The notes under the pieces: generated by a model | Seen by the model: only the letters and a program-made list of their open reading frames with translations | Database searches by the model: none | What the model was told of the DNA's origin: nothing | In this document: positions 47,783 to 52,265 of the stretch, in pieces | Layout of the letters: each line of letters opens with the position of its first letter | Numbering within the stretch: the first letter of the stretch is position 1 | DNA from: an uncultured Bacilli bacterium | Lineage (GTDB): Bacteria; Bacillota_I; Bacilli_A; RF39; UBA660 | Reading direction: 5' to 3' | NCBI GenBank assembly: GCA_944363995.1 | Contig: CALVVV010000001.1 | Span: 1 to 52,265 of the forward strand | DNA length: 52,265 nucleotides | Position numbers and translations under genes: made by a program

Positions 47783-48410
47783 CTATAATTGACGACCTTG
47801 ATTTAGAACAAAACCGTCATTTTCTAATTGATATGTAATATTCAATTCATTTAAAATATCAGTAACAACATCTAAAACTGTAATCTCTTTTTTTTGAAAT
47901 TTGGTTTGATAAAATTGTTGCAACCATTTTTGAATTTCACAATTAAGTTGATTAATATAATAATCACATGATTGAAAAAATTTTTTTTAATTTCTTTTTA
48001 TTATCTAACCCTTTCACTTTTACTAGATTAGAATTACAAAATAAACTTAATATAGTCAATTTATCTAAATTTTCTATATCTAATATTTCAATATTTTCAT
48101 CATATATTATTTCCAATTTTTCCAAATTTAATAATTTATTGATTTCGCTAAAGTCCAATATTTGATTTGTTGGAAGACTTGTATTAAAAGAAGATAAATT
48201 GGGACCGATTATTTTTAAAGTTTTTAAATTTTTTAAATTAGATATTCCCAAAAGCCCATCACAATTAGTAATTGTCAAATCTGTAATACTAGCCAGTTCA
48301 TCTTCGGTAAAATTACCGTCAAAACCAAAAAAACTATCTCTTACGCCCAAATTTATTAACTTTTCTAAAATTATAGTTGCTAAGGAATTATTAAACTTCA
48401 TTGATTTCAC
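47783..48410 (-). pseudogene. Leucine-rich-repeat protein gene interrupted by a frameshift in an A/T homopolymer tract
   Basis: LRR units are present (LTITNCDGLLGISNLKNLKTLKI..., LEKLEIIYDENIEILDIENLDKLTIL...). The frame ends at 47964. A second frame opens inside the tract at 47975-47988 (A6T8 on the + strand) and continues 67 codons to a TAG at 47783-47785. Confidence 0.55.
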
Positions 48411-48412
48411 CT

Positions 48413-48910
48413 CTAAAACATATCAATTACTTTGTCTAATCGATCAATAACTGGAAAACCTTTATCTTTAGTCAAATCTCTTGAAAATTGAATACCAATT
48501 CCTCCTTCATTTGCCCATTCTTTTAAATTTCCTGAATAATCATCAATTAAAATTGCATCTTTACTTAGACATATTTTTGTTTTAGATATTTCACGTGGTA
48601 CTGGTATTATGGTAATATCTTTAAAATATTTTCTAATATGATTTATTTTAGCTACAGCTTCATCTAAAGAATTTACATGAGTTAAAATTGCTATATTAAA
48701 TTTTTGAGAGGCAAAAATTTTTTTTAAACAATTATAACCATCATTAATAATTGGTGTTAAAGTTAACAATTGTTTCCAATTTAAATTAGAATAAAATTCT
48801 TTCATCTTTTCACTATCATTTCGATTAATTTCTAATCTGTCTAACAAATCATAAGTAACACCAATTGTATCCATTATCACGCCATCAAAATCAATATATA
48901 AATTTTTCAT
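48413..48910 (-). CDS. HAD-superfamily hydrolase, 5'(3')-nucleotidase-like
   Basis: LYIDFDGVIMDT is HAD motif I, and ILIDDYSGNL is an Asp-containing motif III/IV. Confidence 0.65.
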   Translation of the reverse strand: MKNLYIDFDGVIMDTIGVTYDLLDRLEINRNDSEKMKEFYSNLNWKQLLTLTPIINDGYNCLKKIFASQKFNIAILTHVNSLDEAVAKINHIRKYFKDITIIPVPREISKTKICLSKDAILIDDYSGNLKEWANEGGIGIQFSRDLTKDKGFPVIDRLDKVIDMF

Positions 48911-48931
48911 TAAATCACCTCTTTTATTGTA

Positions 48932-49648
48932 TCACATCTTAAAAAATTTCGTATATTTGAGAATAACAAATAAAACAATTAAAGATAATATAAGTACTGA
49001 GTAGTTTAATATAAAGTTATTGGTAATCAACAATGGCAAATATAAAGTCGTTGTCATATTTAATGTCATATGAAGAACAATAGATGCTTTAATATTTTTA
49101 TATTTTTCATAAACAAATATTAATAAAAAGCCAACAGCAAAAGCATAAAGTATTTGTAAAACATTTAAGTGAATAATAGCAAAAATTAAAGTTGATAATA
49201 AAATAGCTTTCATTGATGGAAATTTAAGTTTTAATTCATTATAAATTATTCCTCTAAACATTAATTCTTCAATGATAGGTCCAATTATTCCTGTGGTAAT
49301 TAATGTTACTAATATGTTATTTTGTTTCGAATATAAATTAGTTTTAAAAATAAAATCATTTAAATAAAAAGCTATTACATTATACAGTAAACTAATAATT
49401 ATACCTATAATAATTAAAAATTTTAAAGATATTTTGTCACCTTTTTCTTTATATTTATTGAATTCTTTATTCAATAATGGAATAAAAATAATCCCTAAAA
49501 TAATGGCAACATATATTTGTTTAGTATTAAAATAAGTATTAAATGAAGCAATATCATTTCCACTATTTATATAATAATAAGCTAAGAAAAATGTTAATAA
49601 AAATTGTACTACAAAATAAATTATTGGCCATCTGACAACTTTCCACAT
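48932..49648 (-). CDS. CPBP-family intramembrane glutamic endopeptidase (CAAX protease/Abi-like)
   Basis: GPIIEELMFRG, FAIIHL and HMTLN motifs in a polytopic membrane protein. Confidence 0.85.
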   Translation of the reverse strand: MWKVVRWPIIYFVVQFLLTFFLAYYYINSGNDIASFNTYFNTKQIYVAIILGIIFIPLLNKEFNKYKEKGDKISLKFLIIIGIIISLLYNVIAFYLNDFIFKTNLYSKQNNILVTLITTGIIGPIIEELMFRGIIYNELKLKFPSMKAILLSTLIFAIIHLNVLQILYAFAVGFLLIFVYEKYKNIKASIVLHMTLNMTTTLYLPLLITNNFILNYSVLILSLIVLFVILKYTKFFKM

Positions 49649-49707
49649 CTTATTTCACCAATATAATTATATAATAATATCTAAATATAAGCAAGAAAAA
49701 AAGAAGA

Positions 49708-50220
49708 TTAACTTCTTAATGCTTCTAATAATTCATTTTTTTTCATGGTTGAGTATCCTTCAATGTTTTTTTGTTTTGCTAATTCTTTTAATTCGGCTAC
49801 TGTTTTACCACTCAAATCAGTAATTTTTTCTTCTTTTATTTGTTTCGCATTTTTTACAATTTTACCATTTAAAGCATCATTAGCAACATTAACTAAATCA
49901 GTAAATGCTTTTGGATTATCTATTGCAATTTCACTTAACATTTTACGATTGATATTAATTTCTGCTTTATTTAAACCATTTATAAATTTAGAATAACTAA
50001 TATTATTTAAACGGCAGGCAGCATTAATTCTTGTAATCCATAGTTTACGAAAATCTCTTTTCTTTTGTCTTCTATCACGATAAGCATACTTACCAGAATG
50101 CATTACTTGTTCATTTGCAGTACGATATAATCTATGTTTACTTCCAAAATATCCTTTAGCTTGATCTAAAACTTTTTTATGTCTAGCACGACTAATTGTT
50201 CCGCCTTTAACTCTTGCCAT
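49708..50220 (-). CDS. rplT: 50S ribosomal protein bL20 with an extra C-terminal extension of about 50 aa
   Basis: [18 protein letters not shown]...[14 protein letters not shown] is canonical bL20 (about 118 aa). It is followed by [45 protein letters not shown]. Confidence 0.95.
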   Translation of the reverse strand: MARVKGGTISRARHKKVLDQAKGYFGSKHRLYRTANEQVMHSGKYAYRDRRQKKRDFRKLWITRINAACRLNNISYSKFINGLNKAEININRKMLSEIAIDNPKAFTDLVNVANDALNGKIVKNAKQIKEEKITDLSGKTVAELKELAKQKNIEGYSTMKKNELLEALRS

Positions 50221-50231
50221 AATTTACCTCC

Positions 50232-50420
50232 TTATATTAAATCCTTGATTCTTTTATAATCACTATTACTTAACGTTGAAGCAGTTCTCCCACAACGATT
50301 ACTAGCAGCATTTTTCTTTCCAGTATTATGTCTAGTACCAGGATGACCAATTTTAATACTTCCACCTGGTCTTACTTTACATACTTTACTTGTTCCTTTA
50401 TGTGTTTTCATTTTTGGCAT
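50232..50420 (-). CDS. rpmI: 50S ribosomal protein bL35
   Basis: MPKMKTHKGTSK... is a typical L35 N-terminus. Confidence 0.95.
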   Translation of the reverse strand: MPKMKTHKGTSKVCKVRPGGSIKIGHPGTRHNTGKKNAASNRCGRTASTLSNSDYKRIKDLI

Positions 50421-50432
50421 ATTATATTCCTC

Positions 50433-50966
50433 CTATTTTTCTTTTTTTGGACTTAAAATCATTGACATTATACGTCCCTCTAATTTGGGGTATTGTTCAA
50501 TAATCGCCACATTTTCTAAAGAACTAGCAAAACGAATTAAAACATCTTTTCCTAACTCTGGATGAGCCATTTCACGACCTTTAAAACGAACAGTTGCTTT
50601 CACTTTATGACCTTTTTCTAAATATTTGGCACTATTTGTTACCCTAGTGTTAAAATCATGAACATCAATTGTTACTGATAATCGATATTCTTTCATCTCT
50701 AAATTAGCTTCTCTTTGTTTTTTTAAATTTTCTTTAGTTCTTTTTTTATTTTCATATTTAAACTTATTATAATCCATTATTTTACAAACTGGTGGATTAC
50801 CATTTGGATTAATTAAAACTAAATCAAATCCAGCATAATTAGCTAAAGTCAAGGCATCTTTAATTGCCTTTGTTCCTAATTGTTCACCATTGGGTCCAAT
50901 GACCATTACTTCTTTAGCTTTAATTTGTTCATTAATCAATGAATCTTTTGATTTACTTGCGATAAT
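50433..50966 (-). CDS. infC: Translation initiation factor IF-3 (ATT start codon)
   Basis: INEQIKAKEVMVIGPNGEQLG..., VCKIMDYNKFKYE and the C-terminal domain are present. The RBS GGAGGTG is followed 4 nt later by ATT at 50966-50964. The track N-terminal extension is not IF-3-like. Confidence 0.9.
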   Translation of the reverse strand: MIASKSKDSLINEQIKAKEVMVIGPNGEQLGTKAIKDALTLANYAGFDLVLINPNGNPPVCKIMDYNKFKYENKKRTKENLKKQREANLEMKEYRLSVTIDVHDFNTRVTNSAKYLEKGHKVKATVRFKGREMAHPELGKDVLIRFASSLENVAIIEQYPKLEGRIMSMILSPKKEK

Positions 50967-51125
50967 TGACACCTCCAACAAATAAAAAAGTAGATACATA
51001 TAGCATCCACCTAACGCACAAGAATAAATTGGCTTGTTACCCATAACTAATAAGTTATCAGGTGGAGTGTGGATACTCGCTTTCCTTTTTCATTTCGTAA
51101 ATAATTATACCATTTATTATATGTT
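50967..51125 (-). promoter_or_regulatory. Putative L20-leader-type regulatory 5' UTR of infC-rpmI-rplT
   Basis: The about 160-nt untranslated region contains long-range complementary segments (GTATCCACACTCCACCTG ... AGGTGGATGC) and a GATAACT-TATT-AGTTATG hairpin. This is the position expected for the Firmicute L20 leader. No covariance-model check was done. Confidence 0.4.
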
Positions 51126-51148
51126 TGTCAAGTTATTTTATGTTTTTT

Positions 51149-51829
51149 TTATATATTTTCTATTTTTAACGGTGTATTATCAAATTCTTCATCTAATAGC
51201 ATTTCATGCATATATTCTTCTTCGTTGTTTAAAAAGACTTCCTCTATACGGTCAACTCGACACTTTTCAGCTTTTATAATTGCCAATATTTTATCAACTG
51301 CAATATTTATATTATCATTTATTACTACATAATTATATTTTGTTACTTCGTTCATTTCACTATATGCTATTTTGAATCTTTCTAATATTTTTTCTTTGGA
51401 ATCAGTTCCTCTATTTACAAGTCTTTTTTTAAGTTCTTTAAGTGAAGGTGGCATAATAAAAATACATAAAGCTTCTTTAATTAATTTTTTTACTTGCATT
51501 GCACCTTGAATCTCAATTTCTAAAATAACATCTTTGCCATCATCTAAATTTTTTTGTATATATTCTTTAGGTGTACCATAATAATTATCTGCATAAGTTG
51601 CATATTCTAAAAAATATCCTTCAGCAATCTTTTTTTCAAAATCTTCTTTACTATAAAAATAATAAGTTTCACCTTCAACATCATTTGTTCTCATCGAACG
51701 ACTAGTAGCAGAAATAGACAACCATAAATTTTTATCTTTTGATAATAGTTCATTAATAATCGTGCCTTTACCAGCACCAGATGGTGCGGAAATAATAATT
51801 AATAAGCCTTGTTTTTTAGTTTTAATCAT
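51149..51829 (-). CDS. gmk: Guanylate kinase
   Basis: ISAPSGAGKGT P-loop, SATSR and YGT motifs. Confidence 0.92.
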   Translation of the reverse strand: MIKTKKQGLLIIISAPSGAGKGTIINELLSKDKNLWLSISATSRSMRTNDVEGETYYFYSKEDFEKKIAEGYFLEYATYADNYYGTPKEYIQKNLDDGKDVILEIEIQGAMQVKKLIKEALCIFIMPPSLKELKKRLVNRGTDSKEKILERFKIAYSEMNEVTKYNYVVINDNINIAVDKILAIIKAEKCRVDRIEEVFLNNEEEYMHEMLLDEEFDNTPLKIENI

Positions 51830-52242
51830 TTTAAACTTCCTTTCCCATGATATTTTTTAATAGATATTATTCCAAATATAATTTCTAAAATGTTTCCTAT
51901 AATACCGATAAAAGCGCTTACTTTAAAATTATAATAAATCCAAATTAAAGCTGCACATATATAAATAATTCTTGTTATTTTTAAATCATTCTGCCATAAA
52001 GAATAAGCATACAATAAAGTAACAATAATAGGAATAATATCCAACAACTTATTGTAAGTAGCCATTCCTAATAAAATAATAAGCAAACTAAAGACAAATA
52101 AAATTAGTTTAGATAAATCTTTATTTATTAAATTAAATGCATAATAAATAATTAACCTTAAAACTGATAACAAATTCATACAAGCAGCAGGGTGTAAAAA
52201 ATTTTTGTAGGTAAAATAGTAGTTATGATAATAATTTATCAA
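51826..52242 (-). CDS. Small polytopic membrane protein (possibly YgjV-like), start uncertain
   Basis: Four hydrophobic helices. The stop overlaps the gmk start. The family assignment is weak. Confidence 0.45.
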   Translation of the reverse strand: MINYYHNYYFTYKNFLHPAACMNLLSVLRLIIYYAFNLINKDLSKLILFVFSLLIILLGMATYNKLLDIIPIIVTLLYAYSLWQNDLKITRIIYICAALIWIYYNFKVSAFIGIIGNILEIIFGIISIKKYHGKGSLK

Positions 52243-52265
52243 CTACTATTTTTTCTATTTCATCC

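Noticed and set aside
51149-51250. C-terminal extension of guanylate kinase as a possible fused rpoZ-like peptide
   Set aside because: The tail is only about 25 aa beyond typical Gmk length, is acidic and low-complexity, and shows no omega-subunit motif.
50967-51279. N-terminal extension of the infC ORF (track start 51044) and the 81-aa + strand ORF at 51034-51279
   Set aside because: The extension (MGNKPIYSCALGGCYMYLLFYLLEV) is not IF-3-like, and a GGAGGTG-ATT start at 50966 fits the known infC biology. The + strand ORF lies antisense to the leader and to gmk.
1-52265. Alternative genetic code (TGA as Trp, as in Mollicutes), suggested by the extreme AT content
   Set aside because: Many well-defined genes end at TGA at the expected length (for example Fic, the MBL hydrolase and the amidase). 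Trp is encoded by TGG throughout, and peptidoglycan and sporulation genes are present.
1-52265. CRISPR arrays, tRNA/rRNA genes, prophage or conjugative modules
   Set aside because: Scanning the intergenic regions showed no regularly spaced repeats, no cloverleaf-like GC-rich segments and no phage or conjugation gene motifs. The only mobile-element trace is the ISL3 remnant.

Overview
Very AT-rich chromosomal segment (roughly 25-30% GC by eye, not computed). It comes from a peptidoglycan-containing, spore-forming Firmicute that uses the standard genetic code. Gene content suggests an Erysipelotrichia/Clostridia-like anaerobe, but that is inference only. About 85% of genes lie on the minus strand. 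I found no rRNA, tRNA or CRISPR array. Core content: an Hpt-REC gene, a TrmH-family methyltransferase, rimM and trmD; rnhB; infC-rpmI-rplT with an ATT start and leader; gmk; murE-mraY followed by yabP-yabQ-divIC; gerQ, lemA and pduL; a MacB-type ABC exporter; an OmpR/HK two-component pair; and an SBP-GGDEF protein. Unusual content, in rough order of interest: (1) a Fic gene on a 1,192-bp unit bracketed by perfect 79-bp direct repeats that carry internal palindromes and donate the same last four codons to two unrelated genes; (2) a monocistronic 1,286-aa secreted protein with 40 cysteines and no domain I recognise; (3) two pseudopilin-type exported proteins with no pilus machinery nearby, one decaying and one with an FGE-sulfatase-like domain; (4) a cell-wall cluster with two divergent MurE-type ligases, one translationally coupled to an exported amidase-signature enzyme, plus a MurF-like ligase whose N-terminal domain is replaced by about 5 transmembrane helices; (5) ribosomal protein bL20 with a Rho_N/SAP-like C-terminal extension; (6) an orphan HerA/DUF87 ATPase and a UvrD-type helicase with a nuclease-like insert and zinc ribbons. 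The window also shows marked gene decay. At least six genes are disrupted: the pilin fusion, a DUF4143 ATPase, an AlbA_2/Schlafen-type gene, a MATE-cytidylate-kinase-like fusion rearranged around an ISL3 remnant, the ISL3 transposase itself, and an LRR gene. All family calls come from motif recognition by eye. No database search was run.
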